Under the pieces are notes generated by a model that was not told the DNA's origin, searched no databases, and saw only the letters and a list, made by a program, of their open reading frames with translations. Positions 6,807 through 14,859 of a stretch of 20,000 nucleotides of DNA are shown here, piece after piece; within the stretch, counting starts at the first letter, position 1; every line of letters starts with the position of its first letter. The position numbers were made by a program, and so were the translations under genes. The stretch comes from an uncultured virus (IMG/VR IMGVR_UViG_3300012920_000026). Its lineage: Duplodnaviria; Heunggongvirae; Uroviricota; Caudoviricetes. The stretch covers positions 57,099-77,098 of IMG/VR virus record IMGVR_UViG_3300012920_000026. One strand, given 5' to 3'.

Positions 6807-9776
6807 TCATTTTTTAATAATAATTCTTTTTTTCTTTGGGTTATTTGGGTCTGAAGTATCATAAACTAAAAATTTAACATCAGGATATATTTTTTTTAAT
6901 TTCTCCTCAATGTACTTTTCCGCACTTTCTATATTACCTAAATCATCATCACTAAAACCTATACTCATACCATTATATTCTGGATTATCTTTTATTTCTT
7001 TAACTGCACTAACTACTCTATCTACAAAAGTTTTTAATGCAATCATTTTACCGACTTCTGGGTTTGTTACACTTACATCAGTATCAAATTCTTCTACAAA
7101 CTCGTCAGAAGTCACAGGATAGTAGTCCTGTAAGTTTAGATATTGTTCTATAGATGTACCATGTAAGTTAGATAACATTTTTTCTTTTTGTTCTTCAGTG
7201 AAAAGAGTGTCAATTATCACTTTTATACCATCTTTAATTGCTTTAGGTGGGTTTCCTCTAGCAGTTATTATAGAGAAGTCGTTACCATATAATAATGCTT
7301 CTTTAAATTTATCAAAACTGGGTCCAAAAGATTTTTTTCTTAATGCTTCTTTTGTGTCTCTTATAAATGCGTCATAATCTCTGAAATCTTTAAACGCATA
7401 ATATAAGTCATCTTTTTCATATCTATAATCTTTACCAACTCTATTCCTAATTTCTCTAAATTCTTCAGTACCTACTAAAACAGGTATCCATCCATCACCT
7501 ACCTTTTTCTCTAAATAAATTTTAGTGGGCATAAATAAAATATTATCGTCCCAATCAAATGAATATGCTCTTTTTTTAAATTCCGTTAATAAACCTTTTT
7601 GGTGTTGATTAATTATTATTTTTTTAGGTTTCATAGATTCTTTTAAACCTGATGTTTTAAGATTTTCTAATTGTTTGTATATTTTGTTTACAACTTTTTT
7701 ACCCTTTTCTGGATCAGTATCAAATAATTTTCCATAATTTAACATTTCCCTGTAAAAACTATCACTTACATGATAATCCCTTAAAGTTCGTGCAGCATTA
7801 TAATCGTTATTAGTACCAAGTGATTTTAACCACTTTTTCATATCTTTAATAAAGGTACTAGTAATTTCACCTTGTTCAGGTTTAATTGATTTTTTAGCGT
7901 AGTCAATTAAATTACTAATAAAAGGCGATAAATTTGCTTCTATTTCCCATTGGTGTTCAGTATACCCGACATTATGTAAAATATCTCGTACTATTGATTG
8001 ATGGGACTTATCAGTACTATTTAAATAAATTTTAAATACCTTATCAACCTCTTCCTCACTTTTGTTTAATAAATTCTTATAAAATTGATTATAATCGGTA
8101 TACCGGCTATCAACTTCCTTTAATTCATCGAACATAGTTTTTAACCAAGGATTGTCTATTTTGGATCCTTTTTCTTTAAACCATAAATCATAATTTTCCC
8201 TAAACATAACCTTATCCTCCTCCGCCACAAATTTTTTAATAAAATCATCCTCATATTTACTTATCTTTGCAAATTTCTTCAGTGCTTCGGTATATATTGC
8301 TCGTTTAAAATGATTTAACTTAACGTGTTTAGGGTATTTACTCAACGTTTTTACCACATTTCCAAAATTCATATTTTTTATCTCTGTATCCGTTACATAA
8401 GAAGATGATAACTTATTACTCATTTTAGATGGTTGTTTGATATGTACTAATTCATGTTCTAACGAAAATAAAATATCGTCAAACGTCTTATGAGATCCAG
8501 GTCTCAAAATAACCCAATCAACTCCCTCATCATCCGTTAGACGTACTCCCGCAGCATTTTGAGTCTTTAAATCATATCTTTCTAATCCCTTACCCTTAAG
8601 TCTATGAGGCCCATAATCACTTACTGTTAATTTAACTTTTGTTTCTACACCATCAATATTCATTATAGTCTCAATAAAATTGGGATCGCCCGTCTCACCG
8701 TCATAACCCCAAACATCATCCCAACCCTTTTGTTTAAAAACATTTTTTATTTCTTCTATTTTTTCTTTTGCAATTTTAACTACCCCTATTTTTTTTATTG
8801 GTGGTTTTTTAACACTACCCTTCAGTAAAGAAAAAAACTCTTCTTTAGTTTTTTTACCTTCTAAAACTTCTTTTAAATATTTGCTATATAATTCTTCTGT
8901 ACCACCATTTTCTAAAAATATTTCTTTTTGTTTTTTTAAAAAACCAATTTTATCTGTGATAAGTTTTTTATGTGTTATTAAATCGTTTATAAATTTTTGA
9001 AGAAAAGTAAATTGTTGTTTAGTTAATTCTTGACCTTTACGTAGTTTCTCAATTATAGGTAACATTATTTTAGTAGAAACCTTTTCAAAACCGGGTATTT
9101 TATTAAGAAAAGGTAGAAATGCAAATATTATTGAGATTCCACCTGTTACTGGATCTCCTTCTTTAATATATAAAGCACCATTAGCTAACTCTATTACACC
9201 AGAAATAACGATACCGCCAGGAATGAATGCAAATACAATAGCAGCAATATCTAAAATTTCATGTCTATTTTCATATATTAACTCATGAGAATGACCAATA
9301 ATATCTTCAACAGAAGTATAATCACATAACGTCCCATATTCTTTTCCATCTATATAGTTTATGAAGTTATTAAGCATTGTCTTAGTATACTTTTTTTGAT
9401 TATCGTCCCAATTTTTAGTAGGTACTACCGTATCTCTATACTTTTGTAATCCCTTAACTATAAAATCATTATATTGCATAGTTTTTGCACCTGTAAAAGA
9501 AGGTCCACTAGGATTTCCTGCTAATTTAAATATTAAATCTCTAAACTCTTTTATCTCTTTATTAGGTAATGATTTATTATCACCTAATTGATTGTATTTT
9601 GGACAAAAATAACTAGAATGAAACCCCTTACCACCAAATTTCCACAAATATTTATCTTGTTTACCTACACCATCCCTATAATTACTGTTAGTAGATAACC
9701 AACCGTAATCCATATCTACTTTACGGGTAGGTCCCATTTCCCCATCAAAATTTTTAGATTGTTCATTTAAACTCAT
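6807..9776 (-). CDS. Multidomain protein (989 aa): pre-toxin-like hydrophobic module + HExxH zincin-like motif + C-terminal HAD-superfamily phosphatase domain
   Basis: HAD motifs I (FDWDDN), II (IITARG), III (K in PEVGK) and IV (GFSDDDLGN) in the last ~275 aa; LEHELVHIKQ at aa 439-448; HEILDIAAIVFAFIPG...ELANGALYIKEGD at aa ~172-224. Confidence 0.78.
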   Translation of the reverse strand: MSLNEQSKNFDGEMGPTRKVDMDYGWLSTNSNYRDGVGKQDKYLWKFGGKGFHSSYFCPKYNQLGDNKSLPNKEIKEFRDLIFKLAGNPSGPSFTGAKTMQYNDFIVKGLQKYRDTVVPTKNWDDNQKKYTKTMLNNFINYIDGKEYGTLCDYTSVEDIIGHSHELIYENRHEILDIAAIVFAFIPGGIVISGVIELANGALYIKEGDPVTGGISIIFAFLPFLNKIPGFEKVSTKIMLPIIEKLRKGQELTKQQFTFLQKFINDLITHKKLITDKIGFLKKQKEIFLENGGTEELYSKYLKEVLEGKKTKEEFFSLLKGSVKKPPIKKIGVVKIAKEKIEEIKNVFKQKGWDDVWGYDGETGDPNFIETIMNIDGVETKVKLTVSDYGPHRLKGKGLERYDLKTQNAAGVRLTDDEGVDWVILRPGSHKTFDDILFSLEHELVHIKQPSKMSNKLSSSYVTDTEIKNMNFGNVVKTLSKYPKHVKLNHFKRAIYTEALKKFAKISKYEDDFIKKFVAEEDKVMFRENYDLWFKEKGSKIDNPWLKTMFDELKEVDSRYTDYNQFYKNLLNKSEEEVDKVFKIYLNSTDKSHQSIVRDILHNVGYTEHQWEIEANLSPFISNLIDYAKKSIKPEQGEITSTFIKDMKKWLKSLGTNNDYNAARTLRDYHVSDSFYREMLNYGKLFDTDPEKGKKVVNKIYKQLENLKTSGLKESMKPKKIIINQHQKGLLTEFKKRAYSFDWDDNILFMPTKIYLEKKVGDGWIPVLVGTEEFREIRNRVGKDYRYEKDDLYYAFKDFRDYDAFIRDTKEALRKKSFGPSFDKFKEALLYGNDFSIITARGNPPKAIKDGIKVIIDTLFTEEQKEKMLSNLHGTSIEQYLNLQDYYPVTSDEFVEEFDTDVSVTNPEVGKMIALKTFVDRVVSAVKEIKDNPEYNGMSIGFSDDDLGNIESAEKYIEEKLKKIYPDVKFLVYDTSDPNNPKKKRIIIKK

Positions 9777-9780
9777 ATTA

Positions 9781-9787
9781 ATAAATA
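9781..9787 (-). promoter_or_regulatory. TATTTAT motif (candidate late promoter)
   Basis: AATATTTATT 4 nt before ATG 9776, just after the sheath terminator. Confidence 0.55.
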
Positions 9788-9798
9788 TTTAACCGCAT

Positions 9799-9824
9799 AA
9801 AAAAACCCACATATAGTGGGTTTT
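9799..9824 (-). terminator. Intrinsic terminator downstream of tail sheath gene
   Basis: Perfect 9-bp stem AAAACCCAC (9802-9810) / GTGGGTTTT (9816-9824) with a 5-nt loop and a 7-T run on the minus strand, about 21 nt after the sheath stop. Confidence 0.85.
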
Positions 9825-9845
9825 AATATTATAATTTAATTATTA

Positions 9846-12671
9846 TTAGATATCATCAAAAGATGCTCCAGTATTAGTAATATTAAATTCAATACTAATG
9901 TATTCTAAAGATCTGGTTGGTTTAATGAATATTCTACCGTTTAATTCATTTCTATCAATAGATTCTGGTGTATCATCTAATACAACTCTAAAGTCAGTTA
10001 AACCTCTCTCTTTTCTAATATTATCCAATATTGGATTAACTAATGAAAGGAATTGATTTCTTACAACATCATCATTCTGTTCGAATAATAATCTAATAGA
10101 TACTGCCGAAATAAGTTTTCTAGCTTGTAATAACAATCTTCTAACATTAATTCTGTTAAGTGCCGTATCTTTAGATTGTAAGGTTTTATTACCCCAAATA
10201 CAAACACCTACATCTGAGAATGTTGCCATTGGATTAATTCTTCCTTCATATAAATCATCTCTTTGATCTAAAGTTAATTTTGTTCTCGCTTTAATTGCAT
10301 TTGTAGTACCTCTGTTTAAACCAGCTGCTGCGAACCAAGGGAACGCCACGTTATCCGTTAATGCAATGTTTCTAACAACTTCTAATGTTGGTGGTAACCA
10401 AATGTATTGATTATTTTCTGTATCATTCATCTGTAACCAAGGGAAGTAAGTTGCAGAATAGTTACTATCTATTCCTGAATCATCTAATATTCCTGTTGCT
10501 TCATCTGGTGTTAAAACAGTTTCTCCATCGCTACTAGTATCTGGTGTAGTAATTACATACAATGAATCTGCTCTATCATTTTCAACCATATCAACCGCTG
10601 CATCAATTAAGGAAGGTTGATCTCTTAAATCTAATCCTGGTGTTGCAAAAACATTTATATTTACTGCTTCTGGATTATTATAAGTATATATTCCTTCTAA
10701 ATATGCAAAGTAATCTGAAGTTATACCATCATCTCCTTCAGAAGTAGTATAAGTTGTAAACGTTCCATTAAGTAAACCTTCATTACCCTTACTACCAGTT
10801 TTGGTATATGAGTCAGTATTTGTTCTGTCTAAACGATACACATCCCAACCATCAAAACCACCGTATGGTGCGAAAGTAAATTTCCTAGCAGTTACTTTTT
10901 CATATGGCCCACTTTGTAAAGATGCTTCAGTAGTAAATGCTGATATACCTACTTGTAATGATGGAAAATAACTATCATTACCTGCTGATATTTCTGCCCC
11001 TTTTGCGTTTACGTCTAAGTGAAAACCATCCGATTTACCAGTATACGCTACTTTAGTTACTGCGTCTAATCCTTTGTAATCGAAGAAATCTTGATCTACA
11101 CCAATAGTCGTATTAAGACCTAAATAGTATTTTCTTATTTGTGAGTTATTCAATGAAGGGTATTTTGTACCATACTCTATTTGTGGTGGTAATGCCGTAG
11201 TATCACCGATATAGTCTCTGACTTGTACTCCCTCAAAACCTGCAGGTACACCATTAGTTGGGTAATCGGTTGCCATATCTACCATAATATAATTACTTCT
11301 TAATGGGAATTCACCATCTGACGTACCAATTTTTCTACCAATAAATCCGTTATCTGTAGGGTCTAAAGAAAGTTTAGAAAATTTCTCTAAAACACTTAGA
11401 TTGGCGTCATTATCATTATATCTTCTTACTATTAAATCAAATGTTTTTTCATCTGGTTTAATGTTGATAATAGAAAATTTAATATCTCTGTTAGCCGCAT
11501 TACCATCAGATATTGTAATAAATCTAAATAATCTCTGAAGTTTATTACCCCTTAATTCAGATAATACGTATGGGGAAGCTGCAGACTGATATTTTTCTTC
11601 ATAATTACTTAAATTATAAGTAGAATCTGCACTTATTCTAACAAAATCAATGTTTAAACCTCTTACTTTACCAGCAGTATTTAAATCATCTAAACTGTTA
11701 ATAAACAATTCTTCTACAAAAAGTTCTGTTTCTTTATCTTGTGAACTAACACCAAAAACATTAGGTAAATAGTTCTTTTTAGTCTTATCTAATGACACAT
11801 TATAGTCAAAGTCAACACCACTACTTGTTGTACCATTTATTGTAAAACTACCAAAAGGATTAGTTACAATTGCCGAAGTATTTGACATACTTACATCTGT
11901 TATACCTGATACTGTGTAATCTAATATTTGATCTCCACCATAATTACCTCTAGATCTTAAAGTGGCAACCACACTACCATCAATATTATAAGATGATGCA
12001 GTATAAGTTATTACCGTACCTGAAGTAACACCTGTTACAAAACCTGGTGTAGAACCAGATGTTGCGATAACTTCCATAGAGAAAGTAGCACCAGAAAAGT
12101 CACTACCCACTTCTATATATTTAGGTGAAGTTATTGATATAGTATCACCAGTTGCACTTAAACCTATTGCAGAAAAACTATTACTAATTTCCCCTTGATC
12201 ATATAATTCTTGTAAAAGAGGATCACTAAATGTCATTGTAACTGGTGTTCCACCTGTACTCGCACTATAAGTTAATAATGTAGGATAAGAAGTAGTACCT
12301 ATTACTTCTTCTGTTGATGGATCAAACTCTGCATCCAATGTAATACACCAAGCATTACCTGCTTTATATCCTGATAATCCTAATACTCTACTAACATAAA
12401 GTTGATTTGTTTGTGTTAAAAACGATCTAGCTATATAGTTAAGTTCATATTTTGGATATCCATTACCTTTATATTTTTCAGGGTTTAGGTTACCAAAATA
12501 TGATGTGAATTCATCATAATTAGAAATGAATACTGGTTCAAATGCAGGACCTTTAGGTGTTTCCCCTAGTAAACCTAATGTAGTTACCCCCACTTGTCTT
12601 GTTACGAATGTTAAATCCTTTTCTGATGTAAAAACACCTGGACTAACGAAAATTCTATTTGTTGAAGCCAT
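9846..12671 (-). CDS. Contractile tail sheath protein (T4 gp18-like)
   Basis: N-terminal SPGVFTSEKD...G.TPKGPAFEP; C-terminal YFPW, PWFAAAGLNRG, RDDLYEGRINP, WGNKTL, LNRINVRRLL, LFEQND, IKPTRSLEYI are hallmark sheath motifs. Confidence 0.96.
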   Translation of the reverse strand: MASTNRIFVSPGVFTSEKDLTFVTRQVGVTTLGLLGETPKGPAFEPVFISNYDEFTSYFGNLNPEKYKGNGYPKYELNYIARSFLTQTNQLYVSRVLGLSGYKAGNAWCITLDAEFDPSTEEVIGTTSYPTLLTYSASTGGTPVTMTFSDPLLQELYDQGEISNSFSAIGLSATGDTISITSPKYIEVGSDFSGATFSMEVIATSGSTPGFVTGVTSGTVITYTASSYNIDGSVVATLRSRGNYGGDQILDYTVSGITDVSMSNTSAIVTNPFGSFTINGTTSSGVDFDYNVSLDKTKKNYLPNVFGVSSQDKETELFVEELFINSLDDLNTAGKVRGLNIDFVRISADSTYNLSNYEEKYQSAASPYVLSELRGNKLQRLFRFITISDGNAANRDIKFSIINIKPDEKTFDLIVRRYNDNDANLSVLEKFSKLSLDPTDNGFIGRKIGTSDGEFPLRSNYIMVDMATDYPTNGVPAGFEGVQVRDYIGDTTALPPQIEYGTKYPSLNNSQIRKYYLGLNTTIGVDQDFFDYKGLDAVTKVAYTGKSDGFHLDVNAKGAEISAGNDSYFPSLQVGISAFTTEASLQSGPYEKVTARKFTFAPYGGFDGWDVYRLDRTNTDSYTKTGSKGNEGLLNGTFTTYTTSEGDDGITSDYFAYLEGIYTYNNPEAVNINVFATPGLDLRDQPSLIDAAVDMVENDRADSLYVITTPDTSSDGETVLTPDEATGILDDSGIDSNYSATYFPWLQMNDTENNQYIWLPPTLEVVRNIALTDNVAFPWFAAAGLNRGTTNAIKARTKLTLDQRDDLYEGRINPMATFSDVGVCIWGNKTLQSKDTALNRINVRRLLLQARKLISAVSIRLLFEQNDDVVRNQFLSLVNPILDNIRKERGLTDFRVVLDDTPESIDRNELNGRIFIKPTRSLEYISIEFNITNTGASFDDI

Positions 12672-12713
12672 TTAATTTTTTATTTTAATCTTTTTTATTA
12701 TTTTGTTTTTATT

Positions 12714-12720
12714 ATAAATA
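12714..12720 (-). promoter_or_regulatory. TATTTAT motif (candidate late promoter of tail sheath)
   Basis: CATATTTATA 42 nt before ATG 12671, followed by an A-rich leader. Confidence 0.6.
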
Positions 12721-12768
12721 TGCAATTATTTTTGAAAGTAAGTGAATTATTTTAATATTCAGATATTT

Positions 12769-12800
12769 AGTATGATATTTTTCATACTTTTGTCATACTT
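12769..12800. promoter_or_regulatory. Candidate operator: inverted plus direct repeat of TCATACT
   Basis: AGTATGA (12769-12775), 6-nt spacer, TCATACTT (12782-12789), then TCATACTT again (12793-12800, 11-bp period), directly upstream of a small RHH-like gene. Confidence 0.6.
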
Positions 12801-12815
12801 ATATAAAAAACAACT

Positions 12816-12974
12816 ATGAAAAGGACTAAAAATCTTAAAATTACACCCAAAACACATTTATTGTTAAAAACTTATTGTGAAGAAAATGGATTAAAAATGT
12901 TTGCATTTGTAGAAAAAATAATAAAAGAAAAATGTGTCCCTAAAAAAGATTTGTACGGTGAAGTGGTAAGATAA
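12816..12974 (+). CDS. Small ribbon-helix-helix-like DNA-binding protein (52 aa)
   Basis: Below the ORF-track size cutoff. Translation MKRTKNLKITPKTHLLLKTYCEENGLKMFAFVEKIIKEKCVPKKDLYGEVVR*; alternating strand KNLKI, helix A, conserved G turn and helix B fit the RHH (Arc/CopG/MetJ) pattern. It fills the gap, with its stop 1 nt from the convergent gene's stop. Confidence 0.78.
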   Translation: MKRTKNLKITPKTHLLLKTYCEENGLKMFAFVEKIIKEKCVPKKDLYGEVVR

Positions 12975-12975
12975 A

Positions 12976-13266
12976 TTATCTCACTATTAAAACTAAATCA
13001 AAATCTGGAGTTAATTCAAAATCACCTAACCATATAAGTTTATTATCTTCTATGTTATAATCTGTATTAACAACATATCTTAAACCGTTAACATATAATT
13101 CCGTTTTTTCTACATCGTTAATGTTAACTTTAATTTCATCAAAGATAGTTTGTCCTTTAATAGAAGGTTTTATATTAATTGCATTATAATTACTTACACC
13201 CCTAAGTATTGCGTCCATTATAGGTTTTGGATCTCTTACTACATAATTTCTAACTATCCTTTTCAT
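12976..13266 (-). CDS. Hypothetical beta-rich protein (96 aa), probably virion structural
   Basis: ATGA overlap with the gp15-like stop (13263-13266); LYVNGLRY...DY.I...L.W...F.L beta-sandwich-like pattern. Confidence 0.7.
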   Translation of the reverse strand: MKRIVRNYVVRDPKPIMDAILRGVSNYNAINIKPSIKGQTIFDEIKVNINDVEKTELYVNGLRYVVNTDYNIEDNKLIWLGDFELTPDFDLVLIVR

Positions 13267-14294
13267 TTTGCGTTTCCTATTACTGTTAAAAATGCAGGAT
13301 TTCCTACATCTAATTTTGTTATTGTAATTTCTAATGAATCTCCATAAGAAACATCAAAAGGTAATGTTTTTACGTTACCATTTACTGTTACAGTAAAGTT
13401 ACTAATATTTTGTTGTGAAACACTACTGTAATTGGCGTCGTTCTCAATTGATAATTGGAAAACATTAATACCTGGTGCAAATTGAATATTTAATTCGATT
13501 GATGTGTCTTCTTCTCTTTCTTTAATCTGGTGGGTAGCTAAATTAACATTTTCTGCAATTTCAAAGAAAGTAATTGCCCTACTAATTGCTGGTGTCACCT
13601 CAAACTGTTTTGGATCTAATAAATAACCTAACATTTTTATACTGAATAATTGTACGTAGTATCTTTTCTCATCTAAATTTTGTATAGAACTTTCATCACC
13701 TATACTATCCATCATAAGTGGTATTGGATGACCATTTACCCTAATATATTTTTCACCTGCAGAAAATGAGTCTAACATTAATCTATTTAACACGTTTAAA
13801 TCTCTCATTCTTGTACAAAATAATCTAACTTCATAGTTTAAATCTACAGAAATAGGTTGTGGTATTTTATAAATGTCAAAACTTTTTATATTACCATCCC
13901 ATGTAGGTATTTTCATATATGTAAACGTAGGTTTTCCTGGCACATTAAAAGTTCCCGCATAATTAGTACCAGTTTGTGCATCTGGTTTTCTTATTATGGT
14001 AATAAAGGGCATTGTAATATTTTTGTATTCATCTGAAAATTGCCAAGTTTTTGCAAATTCTGCCCATCTTTGTATACTTAAAAAAATAACTGGTACTTTT
14101 TCACCATTTAAAACTAAACTTATATCATCCTCCATATATTGAACAAACTCTCTATCCATATCTTCGTGTAAAATACCTTTAGGTAGATATGTACCAGGAT
14201 TAGCAATATCATTTAATATATTTTGTCTAGCCTCAAAACCCTCTGGAGTAGGGGTAAATTTTAAATTTTTTCTATAATTCTTAGGAAGTCCCAT
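13263..14294 (-). CDS. Tail terminator / sheath stabiliser (T4 gp15-like) with C-terminal extension
   Basis: VPVIF...QRWA...MPFITIIR...PQPISVDLNYEVRLF..RMRDLN pattern; position between the gp14-like gene and the sheath. Confidence 0.65.
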   Translation of the reverse strand: MGLPKNYRKNLKFTPTPEGFEARQNILNDIANPGTYLPKGILHEDMDREFVQYMEDDISLVLNGEKVPVIFLSIQRWAEFAKTWQFSDEYKNITMPFITIIRKPDAQTGTNYAGTFNVPGKPTFTYMKIPTWDGNIKSFDIYKIPQPISVDLNYEVRLFCTRMRDLNVLNRLMLDSFSAGEKYIRVNGHPIPLMMDSIGDESSIQNLDEKRYYVQLFSIKMLGYLLDPKQFEVTPAISRAITFFEIAENVNLATHQIKEREEDTSIELNIQFAPGINVFQLSIENDANYSSVSQQNISNFTVTVNGNVKTLPFDVSYGDSLEITITKLDVGNPAFLTVIGNAK

Positions 14295-14299
14295 TTTAA

Positions 14300-14821
14300 T
14301 TAAATACCTTTAAATTCATCTTCAGGTGTAGGTACACATGTCACAGTTCTGTAAAAACCTTTATAACCTGCAATAGTGTGTGCGTTGTCTGATGTTATTA
14401 TACCATTATTAGATACTGTCCAGTAAGTCATCTTATCTTCAGTTTCATGATATCCTATGTAATCCCCATAATTAATCTCAACACCTAATTCATCTAAATG
14501 TGACTGATATACACCTAAAGTTAGATTACCATGTTCCAAATGCCTTAAACTACCATTAGGATTCCAAGCTTCATTTTTAGGAGTTTCCATTTGGAAATTA
14601 ACTGTTAACTCAACCGGTGTTTTAAATCTTATTTCATTAGGTGCAGATTCTCCATATATATCATCAGTTAATGATTTACTTTGATCTACTTGAAAAAGAA
14701 CTACTTTTATGTTTATATCACCCTCTAACCATTCCCTACCAAAATCTACTTCTAAATTAAAATCTTCTTGTGAAAAAAACTTGTTTACTCTCGTAATTGG
14801 GACTTTTCTGTTATTTTTCAT
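14300..14821 (-). CDS. Neck / head-completion protein (T4 gp14-like)
   Basis: DDIYGE...F..PV and GDYI motifs, size, and position upstream of the gp15-like and sheath genes. Confidence 0.6.
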   Translation of the reverse strand: MKNNRKVPITRVNKFFSQEDFNLEVDFGREWLEGDINIKVVLFQVDQSKSLTDDIYGESAPNEIRFKTPVELTVNFQMETPKNEAWNPNGSLRHLEHGNLTLGVYQSHLDELGVEINYGDYIGYHETEDKMTYWTVSNNGIITSDNAHTIAGYKGFYRTVTCVPTPEDEFKGI

Positions 14822-14833
14822 GTATCTTTTACC

Positions 14834-14847
14834 TATAAATATTTATA
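14834..14847. promoter_or_regulatory. 14-bp palindrome TATAAATATTTATA in divergent intergenic region (candidate bidirectional promoter)
   Basis: Perfect palindrome placing TATTTAT on the sense strand of both the gp14-like gene (-) and the helicase (+). Confidence 0.5.
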
Positions 14848-14859
14848 CTTTGCAAAAAA

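Noticed and set aside
5275..14821. Bacterial extracellular contractile injection system or tailocin (sheath + tube + toxin-like genes)
   Set aside because: Head-tail neck genes (gp13/gp14-like), a PolB, an SNF2 helicase and phage-like gene density point to a phage genome; no eCIS AAA ATPase or bacterial housekeeping genes are in view.
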